From: Candidatus Moraniibacteriota bacterium
GTDB taxonomy: Bacteria; Patescibacteriota; Minisyncoccia; Moranbacterales; DUUL01
Length of the DNA stretch: 64,000 nucleotides
Direction: 5' to 3'
Assembly: GCA_034522495.1 (NCBI GenBank)
Contig: JAXHLG010000002.1
Coordinates: 165,583 to 229,582 of the forward strand
Of the stretch, positions 52,102 through 61,801 are shown one piece after another. The position numbers and the translations under genes were made by a program. The notes beneath the pieces are model-generated. The model had not been told where the DNA came from. It saw only the letters and a list, made by a program, of their open reading frames with translations, and ran no database searches. How positions within the stretch are numbered: position 1 is the first letter of the stretch; each line of letters opens with the position of its first letter.

Positions 52102-53028
52102 ATGCCAACTCTCTACAACGAAAAAGACAGAAACGTCCGCTTGACCTGGGCCTACCTGGTCGGCTTTTTGGTGTTTATCATCGGTATCGGCTGGATTTTT
52201 TCCCAAGCCATGGGCAATTCCTATATCCTCTATGGAGCCGTCATTTTCGCCGTCCTTATGAATTTCTTCAGCTACTGGTTCAGCGACAAAATCGTCCTGG
52301 CCATGAACGGCGCCAAAGAAGTCAGCCGGGAAAACGCCCGGGAAATCTACAACCTGGTGGAAAATCTCTGCATCACCGCCGGCCTCCCGGTCCCCAAAAT
52401 CTACATCATTGAAGACTCCTCTCCCAACGCTTTCGCCACCGGCCGCAACCCGGAACACGCAGTCGTCGCCCTTACCACCGGCCTGATAGACAAACTGGAC
52501 AAAACCGAGCTGGAAGGCGTCATAGCCCATGAGCTTTCCCACATCGGTAACCGCGACATCCTTCTCGGCACGGTGGTAACCGTCTTAGTCGGATTCGTTG
52601 CCCTTCTCTCGGACTTCTTCCTCCGCTGGAGCATCTTCGGCGGCCTTTCCGGAGGCGACAGTGACAACAAAGGCGGCCAAGCCCAGCTCATCATAACCAT
52701 AGCCGCGCTGGTCTTAGCCATCCTCGCCCCCATCGCCGCCATCGTCATGCAACTGGCCATTTCCCGAAAAAGGGAATACCTGGCCGACGCTGACGGCGCC
52801 CTTCTCACCCGCTACCCCGACGGCTTGGCTAGCGCCCTGGAGAAAATCTCCCAAGACACCGCCGGCCTCAAAAAAGCCAACAAAGCCACCGCCCACATGT
52901 ACATCGCCAACCCACTCAAAGGCAAACGCGCCAAAGGCTTCACCGCCAAACTCTTCATGACCCACCCACCCGTCGAAGAACGCATCAAAAAACTCCGCGG
53001 AATGGCCTCTTCAGACAGCAATTCTTAA
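52102..53028 (+). CDS. htpX: M48 zinc metalloprotease HtpX
   Basis: PNAFATG, HELSH, SRKREYLAD and THPP motifs. Confidence 0.95.
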   Translation: MPTLYNEKDRNVRLTWAYLVGFLVFIIGIGWIFSQAMGNSYILYGAVIFAVLMNFFSYWFSDKIVLAMNGAKEVSRENAREIYNLVENLCITAGLPVPKIYIIEDSSPNAFATGRNPEHAVVALTTGLIDKLDKTELEGVIAHELSHIGNRDILLGTVVTVLVGFVALLSDFFLRWSIFGGLSGGDSDNKGGQAQLIITIAALVLAILAPIAAIVMQLAISRKREYLADADGALLTRYPDGLASALEKISQDTAGLKKANKATAHMYIANPLKGKRAKGFTAKLFMTHPPVEERIKKLRGMASSDSNS

Positions 53029-53234
53029 TTTGCAACTGATTTTATTTAAGTAGCCAGTATGCCCAAGGTTCAACCTTCGGCTAGCCGAAGGTTGAACCTT
53101 GACTTTCCTTTTATCATATTCTGTGAAATTATTTATCCCCCAAACAATAAAACAATTTGGCAATGGAACAATGGGATAACAAAAACTACTATTTTCAATC
53201 ATCCTTATATATGTTTAAATAAAAACAAGGGGAT

Positions 53235-53363
53235 GAAATCACTGAAGAATTGATTATTTTGATATTTTGTCATTCTGATGAAAATCAGAATCTCTTTATA
53301 AAGCCCTTTTTGGCAATCATCAGACTCTGAACCAATTTCAGAATGACATTCTTCAGTGGTTTC
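53235..53363 (-). mobile_element. MITE family B copy (reverse orientation)
   Basis: GAAATCACTGAAGAAT...ATTCTTCAGTGGTTTC; GGGAT on both flanks. Confidence 0.75.
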
Positions 53364-53434
53364 AGGGATACAAAAATTACCAATTACCAATTACAAATTA
53401 CTAACACCATAACTCTAGAAAGGCAGGTGAAAAT

Positions 53435-53848
53435 ATGAACGAAAAAAATCAAAATCCTCAAGAGCCGAAAAAAGAAGAGCAGGCTCAGCCGGAACAACAG
53501 CAGCAAGCCCAAGAGCAAAAAGCTCCGGAAGGCAATGTCTCCAGCAACGCCAAGACTTGGAGCATCGTGGGATACATTTTCCCCATCCTGTTTTTCATTC
53601 CTTTGGTAATGGAAGACTTGAAGAACAACAAATATGCCAAGTTCCACGCCAACCAACAGCTGGTATTATTGCTAGTTGCCATAGCGGTTAACATTGTCGG
53701 CGGTATTATACCTATCTTGGGATGGTTTATCATTCTCCCCCTCGGATCGTTGGCCATAATCGTGCTTGCTGTCATGGGCATCATCAACGGAGTTAAAGAA
53801 AAAGCCAAACCGCTTCCGCTCATCGGCGGTATCGAGATAATCAAATAG
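53435..53848 (+). CDS. DUF4870-like membrane protein
   Basis: KFHANQ.L, IPILGW and GIING....KPLPLIG motifs. Confidence 0.8.
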   Translation: MNEKNQNPQEPKKEEQAQPEQQQQAQEQKAPEGNVSSNAKTWSIVGYIFPILFFIPLVMEDLKNNKYAKFHANQQLVLLLVAIAVNIVGGIIPILGWFIILPLGSLAIIVLAVMGIINGVKEKAKPLPLIGGIEIIK

Positions 53849-54063
53849 CCGCCTCCAACTTTTTCAAACTTTTACTTCTTGAAACAGAACAGATGTTTGT
53901 TTTTGTTTAAATACCCAACTTCGCGCAAATGTTGGGTATTAAACAGGAACAAATTATAGTCTCAGCCTGAAGTTCGAATTCTGCCTCAGCAGAAGTCGAA
54001 CTTCAGGCCCTCCTTCAAAAAGCAAATTCGCCAAAATTGCTTATCGTTTATTAAACAAAACCA

Positions 54064-55356
54064 ATGAAAAAAACCAAAATCACCGCCACCATCGGGCCGG
54101 CCTCGGAAAAAACGGCCACCCTCAAAAAGATGATGGAAGCCGGCATGGATGTATGCCGCCTCAACTTCTCCCACGGCGAACAAGCCTGGCACAAAAAGAC
54201 AGTCAAAAACATCCGCAAGGCCTCCAAAGAAGCCGGCAAAAGCGTCGGCATCATAGCCGACATCCAAGGCCCCCGCATCCGAGTAGCCAACAAAAGATCC
54301 CTCAAGCTGGAAAAAAAAGAAAAAGTCTTCGTAACCGACGAAAATTGCCCCCATACCTACGGCTTCAAAAAAGAGCTTATTCTCGACTGGGACAGCTTCT
54401 ACCAATACGCGGAAGTGGGAGAAAAAATATTCATCGAAGACGGTCTCAAAGAACTGGAAACAATCGACAAGAAAAAAGACGGATGCGTGGCCGAAGTCAT
54501 CACCGGAGGAAAAGTCGATCCCCACAAGGGTGTTAACATCCCCAAAGCCTCCTCCCACATGGGATTCCTCACCGACAAAGACATCAAAGACCTGGAATTC
54601 ATCATCCCCCAGGGCGTGGACTTTGTTGCCGCCTCCTTCGTCTCCAACAGAAAACAGCTCCAAGGCCTCAAACAGCACATCAAAAGAATCCTCAAAAAAG
54701 AAAAGAATTTCCACAAGATGGAAAAAGGCTCTCAGCAAACCAAAAACAGCTCTCTGGCTTACCCCTGGATAGTCTCCAAAATTGAAACCAGAAAAGCCAT
54801 CCAAAACCTGGACGCCATCATCGACGAATCCGACGCCATCATGGTCGCCCGCGGGGACTTGGCCATCGAAATGCCTCAGGAAGAAGTGGTGGTCCTGCAA
54901 AAGAAAATCGTCAACAAATGCCTCAAAGCCAAAAAACCCGTCATCGTAGCCACCCAGATGTTCGCTTCCATGGTGGAAAAACCCCGCCCCACCCGCGCCG
55001 AAATCTCCGACGTAACCAACGCCGTTGTTGACTGCGCCGACTCCATCATGTTTAGCAACGAAACCGCCGTCGGCAAATACCCGCTCAAGACAATAGAAAC
55101 CGCCGCCCGCGTTATCCAAAACGCCGAAAAATCTCCCTACAACGACAAGCCATTGAAAAAGCTCGGAAAATTTGCTAAAATCATAACTCGCCTGAGAAAG
55201 CAGAAGAAAAGCGGCAAAGAGAAAACAATCAGCATCGCCGGCCTCGGCGAAGCCAAAGGCTACTCCGCCCTCCGCCAAGAAGACGTTCATTTAAAACTCA
55301 AGACCAAGGACAAGAATATCAAGAGAAAGGGAAGCTTGATTTGGGGAATAGAATGA
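54064..55356 (+). CDS. pyk: Pyruvate kinase (C-terminal domain appears reduced)
   Basis: TKITATIGPAS, RLNFSHG, SKIE, MVARGDL, ATQM, PTRAE.SDV and S.ETA.GKYP motifs. Confidence 0.95.
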   Translation: MKKTKITATIGPASEKTATLKKMMEAGMDVCRLNFSHGEQAWHKKTVKNIRKASKEAGKSVGIIADIQGPRIRVANKRSLKLEKKEKVFVTDENCPHTYGFKKELILDWDSFYQYAEVGEKIFIEDGLKELETIDKKKDGCVAEVITGGKVDPHKGVNIPKASSHMGFLTDKDIKDLEFIIPQGVDFVAASFVSNRKQLQGLKQHIKRILKKEKNFHKMEKGSQQTKNSSLAYPWIVSKIETRKAIQNLDAIIDESDAIMVARGDLAIEMPQEEVVVLQKKIVNKCLKAKKPVIVATQMFASMVEKPRPTRAEISDVTNAVVDCADSIMFSNETAVGKYPLKTIETAARVIQNAEKSPYNDKPLKKLGKFAKIITRLRKQKKSGKEKTISIAGLGEAKGYSALRQEDVHLKLKTKDKNIKRKGSLIWGIE

Positions 55357-55611
55357 CAATTTTCAATTGAAGGAAGCTCAAAACGCAAAACGCAAAAGGC
55401 AAAGCCACAGCTCAAAGCTTAAAGCAAAAACACAAAACACAGATATCACAAAGCCCAAACAAAACACAAAACACAGTTACCAAAACACAAACGTTTTCTC
55501 TAGCTGGAGCGGGCTTCTAGCCCGGTCTATTGGTTTATTTTTTATACTGGTATAAATTAAGGGAAGTTAAGAACTATTCAAAATTTAAAATTTGAAATTC
55601 AAAATTAACTT

Positions 55612-55697
55612 GGTGGGATGGCCGAGCGGTCGAAGGCGCACGCTTGGAAAGCGTGTGTAGTTTCCAACTACCCAGGGTTCGAATCCCTGTCCCACCG
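55612..55697 (+). tRNA. tRNA-Ser(GGA)
   Basis: Cloverleaf with anticodon arm CACGC-TTGGAAA-GCGTG, long variable arm and GGTTCGAATCC. CCA is not encoded. Confidence 0.93.
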
Positions 55698-55787
55698 CCC
55701 AGAACCAGAACGAAGTTCGGTTCTGGGCTGGCCCGAATCGAATTTGAAAAATTCTGGTTCGGACCGCCCAGACCTTGCAAAATATGT

Positions 55788-56054
55788 ATGTATTACGTTT
55801 ATTATCTTCAAAGCAAACAAAAGAAAAATCAGTTTTATGTTGGCTATACCACTGATTTGAAAAGTCGTTTAGAAAAACACAACAATGGAGTTGTGAGCTC
55901 TACAAAACCTTATTTACCTTGGAAAATAGTTTTTTATGAAGCATTTATCAACAAGGCAGACGCCAAGAGAAGGGAGAAATATTTAAAGACTACAAAAGGC
56001 AGAAAAGCCCTAAAATTAATGCTAAGAGAATTTTTATCCTCAATTTATTATTAA
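55788..56054 (+). CDS. Small GIY-YIG nuclease family protein
   Basis: YYVYYL...FYVGYTTDL..RL..HN and A..RE.YLK motifs. Confidence 0.9.
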   Translation: MYYVYYLQSKQKKNQFYVGYTTDLKSRLEKHNNGVVSSTKPYLPWKIVFYEAFINKADAKRREKYLKTTKGRKALKLMLREFLSSIYY

Positions 56055-56063
56055 AAACAAAAC

Positions 56064-56396
56064 ATGACCGAAAAATTTCCAAACAATCTCGAGAAACCCG
56101 AAGAAGAAAAAATGCCGGACTTGGAAGAAGTGCGGTGGGTTTTCAAAGAACTCCTCAAAGGAGAAAAGCCGAAAGAAACAGCAGTAGAAGGAGATGAAAA
56201 AGGTTTGTTGCTGGTGCGCGCCGAAAGCCAAGATGCTGATGGCGATAAAATAGAATTGGAATACACCAGGGAAGGACAAAAACCCTCGGGAGCAATCGAT
56301 TATCCCGTTGTTTCCAAAGTAACTTTTGCGGAAGACGGAATGCCAATCGACGGTTTTTCCATTAGAAAAATTGACGGGGCTTGGCAGGGAATTTAA
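56064..56396 (+). CDS. Hypothetical protein
   Basis: 110-aa ORF immediately after the GIY-YIG gene. Confidence 0.6.
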   Translation: MTEKFPNNLEKPEEEKMPDLEEVRWVFKELLKGEKPKETAVEGDEKGLLLVRAESQDADGDKIELEYTREGQKPSGAIDYPVVSKVTFAEDGMPIDGFSIRKIDGAWQGI

Positions 56397-56790
56397 GCTT
56401 CTTTAGCCGGTTCTCATATTCTCTTTTTTTCTGGAGCGAGCTTCCCAGCTCGGTCCATTAGTTTCAACAGAAATTTCATCCATTTCAAAACAGGCCTAAC
56501 CGGCCTGTTTTTTGACACTGCCGATGTTATCGGCAATCTATTTTACATGTTTTGTCTCAGGCTTCCAACCCTCGCCAAATCCCAGCAAAAGACAAAAACT
56601 CTGTTTGCATGTATGCAAACACGCAAACAAAACCATTTGTTTTCCCAATCGCGAAAAACCTGCTCGACATTAAACACCGAAACTCATTGCCAAAAAACCC
56701 CAAATAAATTAAAATCAAAATATAAAAACTGAATATTATTATTTGAATTGGAATCGGTGGGTTTTTTAATGAAAAAAAGGAGTGTGTCTT

Positions 56791-57003
56791 ATGCCTGAGA
56801 CAAAAAAGGAACCCCGCTGTTCGTTTTGTGGAAATTTGCAACAACGAGAAGTTCTGGGCACAGGTTTTGTGCTCGCCGTGATTTCCTGCAACCTGGATCC
56901 GGAAGATGGTGACATCTTCAAAAAACCATCTCAAGCGGATTTCAGTGAAATTCTTCCTCCCGAATACATCAATTGGGAGGCCACCAAACATAGAAGGAGA
57001 TGA
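56791..57003 (+). CDS. Small hypothetical protein with CxxC
   Basis: AAGGAG RBS; CSFC; a hairpin with T-run follows near 57028-57060. Confidence 0.5.
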   Translation: MPETKKEPRCSFCGNLQQREVLGTGFVLAVISCNLDPEDGDIFKKPSQADFSEILPPEYINWEATKHRRR

Positions 57004-57258
57004 GCAGCTCTTTTTTCTTTTTTTACTACAGTCGGACGTCGCGCGTCCGACTGTTTTTTATTTTGTGTTATGTCCTTTTGTCAAAAGATTTGTTATCTTA
57101 CCATGTTCTTCCTCGGTAATACGTTTATAACTCATTGCCAAAAAACTCCAAATAAATTAAAATCAAAATACACCCCAGATCTATTAAACTGAAGTTCGAC
57201 TTCAGCGGACGCTGAAGTCGAACTTCAGGGAAATTAAACACCTCAAAACCCAAAACAA

Positions 57259-57897
57259 ATGATCTACCTCATCGGCGGGCCGCCCAAATGCGGCAAAACC
57301 ACTTTAGCTAAACAGCTTTCCAGAAAGAAAAGCATTCCTTGGCTTTCCACGGACACCCTCCAATCCGTCATCAAGCCTTATCTCGATCCAGAAAGCCTCC
57401 CCGAGAAATTTCCCGTCAGCTACCAAAGAGGAAAAAGCAACGATGAAAAATACGTCAAATACTCAACTCAAGAAATCATTTCTGCCTACCGCGGGCAGGC
57501 CAAAACGGTCTTCCGGGCCATGGAAATGTTTGCCCTCTGCGAGTTAACAGACGGCAACGACTATATCCTTGAAGGCTACCACCTAGAACCGGAAGTTGCC
57601 CATAAGCTTCTCTCTAAGCACCCGGGAAAAATCAAAAGCATATTCCTACTTAAAACCGACACCAAAAAATTCATCCAAGACATCAAAAAAAGTTCCACCC
57701 CCAACGACTGGATAATCCAAAGAACTCAAAAAGAAGAAACCTACCAAAAAATAGCTGAGATGATCTGCGCTTACAGCCAATCCATTGAAAAAGAAGCAGG
57801 GAAACACAGCCTCGAATCCATCAACATGGACCAAGACTTCAATAAAAAAATCAAAACAGCCCTTCAAACACTGACCCGCCCAAAGGTTCAACCTTAA
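57259..57897 (+). CDS. P-loop kinase (2-phosphoglycerate kinase-like)
   Basis: IYLIGGPPKCGKTT and ILEG motifs. Confidence 0.75.
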   Translation: MIYLIGGPPKCGKTTLAKQLSRKKSIPWLSTDTLQSVIKPYLDPESLPEKFPVSYQRGKSNDEKYVKYSTQEIISAYRGQAKTVFRAMEMFALCELTDGNDYILEGYHLEPEVAHKLLSKHPGKIKSIFLLKTDTKKFIQDIKKSSTPNDWIIQRTQKEETYQKIAEMICAYSQSIEKEAGKHSLESINMDQDFNKKIKTALQTLTRPKVQP

Positions 57898-57951
57898 CCA
57901 AAAAAGGTTGAACCTTGGACTTCTATATATTTAAAATTTAATAACAAATAC

Positions 57952-58149
57952 ATGGATCCCGAAACCAAAAAAAGCCTGGACGACCAGGACGAAATGCTCC
58001 AAAAAATTTATGCCTCAGTAGAAAAAACCCGCAAATACTTCCTCTGGACCCTCATCATCTCTATCGCCACCGTTGTCCTCCCGCTCATCGGCCTGGCCAT
58101 CCTCATCCCCTACGTCTTCAGCGCCTACTCTTCGGCGCTGGGGATTTAA
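57952..58149 (+). CDS. Small membrane protein, copy 1
   Basis: 60/65 aa identical to 59840..60037. Confidence 0.8.
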   Translation: MDPETKKSLDDQDEMLQKIYASVEKTRKYFLWTLIISIATVVLPLIGLAILIPYVFSAYSSALGI

Positions 58150-58184
58150 AAAAATTGTTTTTTCACCTTTATTTATTTTTAAAA

Positions 58185-59078
58185 TGTTAGAATTCAGAGC
58201 GTTGTTTACATTTCCTTAGGAAAAAAATATTCTAAAAGTTTTTCCATGGGAGTATAATTGTTAATTCCTTTGTGAGGTTTGACATTATTATAATAATTCA
58301 CAAATCTGATAAGTTCAACTTTTCTGTGGTTCCTGTTTTTGAAAACATGCTTGTCATGCCACATTTCCATAATAGTTCTAATAACTCTTTCGGCTTTCCC
58401 GTTTGTTCTTGGACATTTCGCTTTGGTGAATCTTTGCTCAATCTTGTTTTCTCGGCAAAGGTTTGCAAAAGCGTGGTGTTCATTGCCTCGGTATTCCAAT
58501 CCATTGTCTGTGTAGATTTGTTCAATAGTATAGGGACATTCTTCTAAGACTTGCTCCAAGAATTTCTCAGCAGAGTATTGGGTCTTATCCGGCATTATTG
58601 CTACGAATAGTTCTCTTGAAAAATCGTCTATTCCCACAAAGAGATACTGATGGTTTTCTTTGGGTGATTCTCCTTTTAAGAGAGGCAGTCTCTTGGTATC
58701 CATGTGGAACATTTCTCCCGGATATTTCTTGTTGTATCTTTTGGCTTGCTTTTTCTTTTTCTCCTCTATGCGTTTCTCTATCTTGGCAAGCCTTTTGATT
58801 CCGTATTGCAGGCATCTATACTTCTTGTTGATGCTTTTGTGGATACTGTAATCATTGTTTTTAGCCCGGTGGATTATCTTGTAAACCGTAGGAGCAGAGA
58901 CCTGGTATTTTCTGCAGAGATCGCATACCCTTACGTGCTTTTTGTAGTAATCATCTGCCAGAGCCTCTCTTTGAATGGGTGTCAGACGAGTTTTCTTGTG
59001 GATGACCATAGTTGTTTACATTTAATTGTTATTAATAAATTCTAACAATTTTTGTAAACAACGCTAGAAAATCTTACA
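58185..59078 (-). mobile_element. IS481-family insertion sequence (894 bp)
   Basis: TGT...ACA ends with an imperfect 26-bp TIR. TTTAAAA direct repeat at 58178-58184 / 59079-59085. Confidence 0.9.
58206..59009 (-). CDS. IS481-family transposase
   Basis: PGEMFHMDTK, IDDFSR, TDNGLEY and PRTNGKAER motifs. Confidence 0.92.
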   Translation of the reverse strand: MVIHKKTRLTPIQREALADDYYKKHVRVCDLCRKYQVSAPTVYKIIHRAKNNDYSIHKSINKKYRCLQYGIKRLAKIEKRIEEKKKKQAKRYNKKYPGEMFHMDTKRLPLLKGESPKENHQYLFVGIDDFSRELFVAIMPDKTQYSAEKFLEQVLEECPYTIEQIYTDNGLEYRGNEHHAFANLCRENKIEQRFTKAKCPRTNGKAERVIRTIMEMWHDKHVFKNRNHRKVELIRFVNYYNNVKPHKGINNYTPMEKLLEYFFPKEM

Positions 59079-59128
59079 TTTAAAAATATTATACAATAAC
59101 AAAAAACTTAAAAATTAATAATAGAAAA

Positions 59129-59410
59129 ATGTCAAATTATATGATTTTAGCAATTGTTTTCATCGTCTTAGCCTTTGTCTCTGATGTTCTTTTTCTTACG
59201 ACAGCAGGCTCGGGAAACAATATTACGCCACTATTTTTTCCGATAGCTACTGTCTTGTTCATAATTGGTAGTGCGTTGTATGCCAAAGCAAGAGGCTTTG
59301 GAGCTTTAATTGGAATTTTTGGAGTACTTAATCTATTAGGCTTTATTATTGTTGCAGCAATAATAAGTCATTTTAAATATCACGAGAAAAAAAATCAATC
59401 TAATAATTAA
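59129..59410 (+). CDS. Small AT-rich membrane protein
   Basis: Three TM helices; G..LYAKARG. Confidence 0.7.
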   Translation: MSNYMILAIVFIVLAFVSDVLFLTTAGSGNNITPLFFPIATVLFIIGSALYAKARGFGALIGIFGVLNLLGFIIVAAIISHFKYHEKKNQSNN

Positions 59411-59420
59411 TAAATGTCTT

Positions 59421-59696
59421 ATGTTAAAAGAATATAAGAAAAAAACTAATATCTTTGTCGGTCTTGGCTTAGTTTTGCAATTTTCGTCATTATTTCTAAG
59501 GCAAGATGGGGATGTGATGTCTGCCTTGGGTTCATTGGTATCGCTGGGTGGTATTATTTTATTTACTATAGGGTGCTGGCACTATGCAAAAGGAAAAGGT
59601 TACCATGGTGCTTACGGTCTTCTTGGTCTATTATTTAGTATCCTGGGCCTCATCATTCTAATCGCAATGCCGGATAAGAATAAAGAACAAAAATAA
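59421..59696 (+). CDS. Small AT-rich membrane protein, related to the upstream gene
   Basis: Three TM helices; GC..YAKGKGY...G. Confidence 0.75.
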   Translation: MLKEYKKKTNIFVGLGLVLQFSSLFLRQDGDVMSALGSLVSLGGIILFTIGCWHYAKGKGYHGAYGLLGLLFSILGLIILIAMPDKNKEQK

Positions 59697-59839
59697 AAAT
59701 AAGAAAAAATCAATATCCAATAATAAGCTAGCTGAGTTATTGTAATATATTAATTAGTTATTCTTTTCAGCTGTTCCAACCTTAACCAAAAAAGGTTGAA
59801 CCTTGGATTTTCATATACTTACTTTTAACATCAACCCTC

Positions 59840-60037
59840 ATGGACCCCGAAACCAAAAAACGCCTGGACGACCAGGATGCAATGCTTCAAAAAATCTACG
59901 CCTCCGTGGAGAAAACCCGCAAATACTTCCTCTGGACCCTCATCATCTCCATCGCCGCCATCGTCCTCCCGCTCATCGGCCTGGCCATCCTCATCCCCTT
60001 TGTCTTCAGCGCCTACTCCTCAGCGCTGGGGATTTAA
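59840..60037 (+). CDS. Small membrane protein, copy 2
   Basis: Duplicate of 57952..58149. Confidence 0.8.
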   Translation: MDPETKKRLDDQDAMLQKIYASVEKTRKYFLWTLIISIAAIVLPLIGLAILIPFVFSAYSSALGI

Positions 60038-60193
60038 TATTCCTCTTAGAAGAGACTGTGTTTCGCTGGAGTGGGCCTCTTTCGCTGGAGCGGGCCTCCG
60101 GCCCGGTCCATTAATTGTGTGTGAAAAACCAATTTCGACAATCACTAAGATGGAATAACCTGCCATTTATAATCAACACTAAATCAAAATTAC

Positions 60194-60262
60194 ATGCTCA
60201 ACCTCAAAAAATCCGAGTGGGGAATTCTCATCTTCACCCTCCTCTACATCATCGGCTTCAGC
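60194..60262 (+). pseudogene. Truncated duplicate of the 5' end of 60968..61570
   Basis: 66/69 nt identical to 60968-61036. Confidence 0.75.
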
Positions 60263-60302
60263 AAATATATACGGTTTAAGTTTTTAAAATTAAAAATAAG
60301 CA

Positions 60303-60944
60303 ATGAGAAAATTTAAAAAAATCATCAAAGCCTTGCTTATGATTTTTCTTTTCCTTGGCGGACTTTTTTGTCTTAATATGCCGGCGCTAAAATATGTGAT
60401 TATAGGTGAATCAATATTAATTAGTTCTTTTGTGATTATCAGAGATATTGCTTTCATAATATTATTTTTGTTTTTCTTTTATAATAGTTATCCTTTATTT
60501 ATCAAAAAAACTCTTCTAATCTTGACGCCTTTAGTTACGACTTCTATGATTATTTTAACTTTATTTATGTTTTTTAAATATTCAAATGTTTCATCAGACG
60601 GCTGGAAATATGCACAATTTCACTTATCCCCGCTTTTTGTTAAAGATTTTACCGAATTTCCTTCGATGGTTTGTAATTCACAGGATGGTTATTTAAGATC
60701 CAGGACCAATATGGAAAATCCCGGAATTGTTGTCAAGTGTTTCTTGCCTTTGACGGATTATGGTCAGTCTTGTATCACATCTAGCCAATGTCAAGGAAAA
60801 TGCCTAATAAAAGAGGAAAAAGAATGTAAAAATAATTGCGTAGGTTATTGTTCAAAGTATGATTTAACATGCTTTCCGGGTAACCCCATGGTGATTATGG
60901 ATGGAGAAGTGTTTTCTTCTATTTTTTTATGTTCAATGCCTTAA
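60303..60944 (+). CDS. AT-rich membrane protein with a Cys-rich C-terminus
   Basis: About three TM helices, then C...D.G.SC..SSQCQGKC...C...C.GYC....C. Confidence 0.75.
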   Translation: MRKFKKIIKALLMIFLFLGGLFCLNMPALKYVIIGESILISSFVIIRDIAFIILFLFFFYNSYPLFIKKTLLILTPLVTTSMIILTLFMFFKYSNVSSDGWKYAQFHLSPLFVKDFTEFPSMVCNSQDGYLRSRTNMENPGIVVKCFLPLTDYGQSCITSSQCQGKCLIKEEKECKNNCVGYCSKYDLTCFPGNPMVIMDGEVFSSIFLCSMP

Positions 60945-60967
60945 TTTAACTTACTTAACTTCAAACC

Positions 60968-61570
60968 ATGCTCAACCTCAAAAAATCCGAGTGGGGAATT
61001 CTCATCTTCACTCTCTTCTACATCATCGGTTTCAGCGTTTATTATCTAAGCATTCGAAACTACGAATTTCTCTGGTACGTGGCGGTTTTGCTAGTGTTTT
61101 TCATCCTGATCGCCGCCACGCTCCATCGCTCCAAATTCGACGGAATCATTCTGGGCGGCCTTTCTTTCTGGGGCTTGCTCCACATGGCCGGCGGGGGAAT
61201 CAAGGCCGGCTCAGACGTGCTCTACTCGCTCAACCTCATCCCCATATTCCAAATCCAAAACACCTCGGTCCTGAAATTCGACCAAGCCGTCCATCTCTTC
61301 GGCTTCGCTGTTGCCACTCTGGTGGTTTATCATCTCCTAAAACCCTACCTCAACCGCCAAACCAACTGGAAAGTGGTCTATCCTATCATCGCCGTGGCCG
61401 GCATGGGCCTGGGTGCGGTCAACGAAATTGTAGAATTCATAGCCGTCGCCGCCTTCCCGGAAACCAATGTCGGAGGCTACGCCAACACCGCCCTGGACTT
61501 GGTCTTCAACTTCCTGGGCGCCCTCGCGGCTATTTTCTTCATCCACTTTTTCTATCGCAAAAAGAGATAA
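60968..61570 (+). CDS. DUF2238-like membrane protein
   Basis: LHMAGG, FDQAVHLFGF, NEIVEF and Y.NT.LDL motifs. Confidence 0.75.
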   Translation: MLNLKKSEWGILIFTLFYIIGFSVYYLSIRNYEFLWYVAVLLVFFILIAATLHRSKFDGIILGGLSFWGLLHMAGGGIKAGSDVLYSLNLIPIFQIQNTSVLKFDQAVHLFGFAVATLVVYHLLKPYLNRQTNWKVVYPIIAVAGMGLGAVNEIVEFIAVAAFPETNVGGYANTALDLVFNFLGALAAIFFIHFFYRKKR

Positions 61571-61594
61571 GAATACATATATCTAACCAACACA

Positions 61595-61794
61595 GGAATT
61601 ACGCGCTTGCCTCGTTATTGTTTAAATAAAAAGAGAGCAAAGCAAGGTTTGGTTTTTGCATTCGATCGAAAAAATATTTTAGAAGCAAAAAGGGTTTTCT
61701 ATTAAAAATATCTTAACAAGCCTGAAAGGCAAGTGCGCATAAAACCAAGCCTTGCTTTGCTCTCGGCATTGCCGGAGAGTAATAGTATAATTCC
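61595..61794 (+). mobile_element. MITE family A copy
   Basis: Near-identical to 14287..14484. Confidence 0.85.
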
Positions 61795-61801
61795 TACAAC
61801 A

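Noticed and set aside
53986-55290. Long antisense ORFs opposite pyk (also opposite rny, hydA, the GT2 gene and the ATPases)
   Set aside because: Shadow ORFs from codon bias, opposite well-supported genes and lacking motifs.
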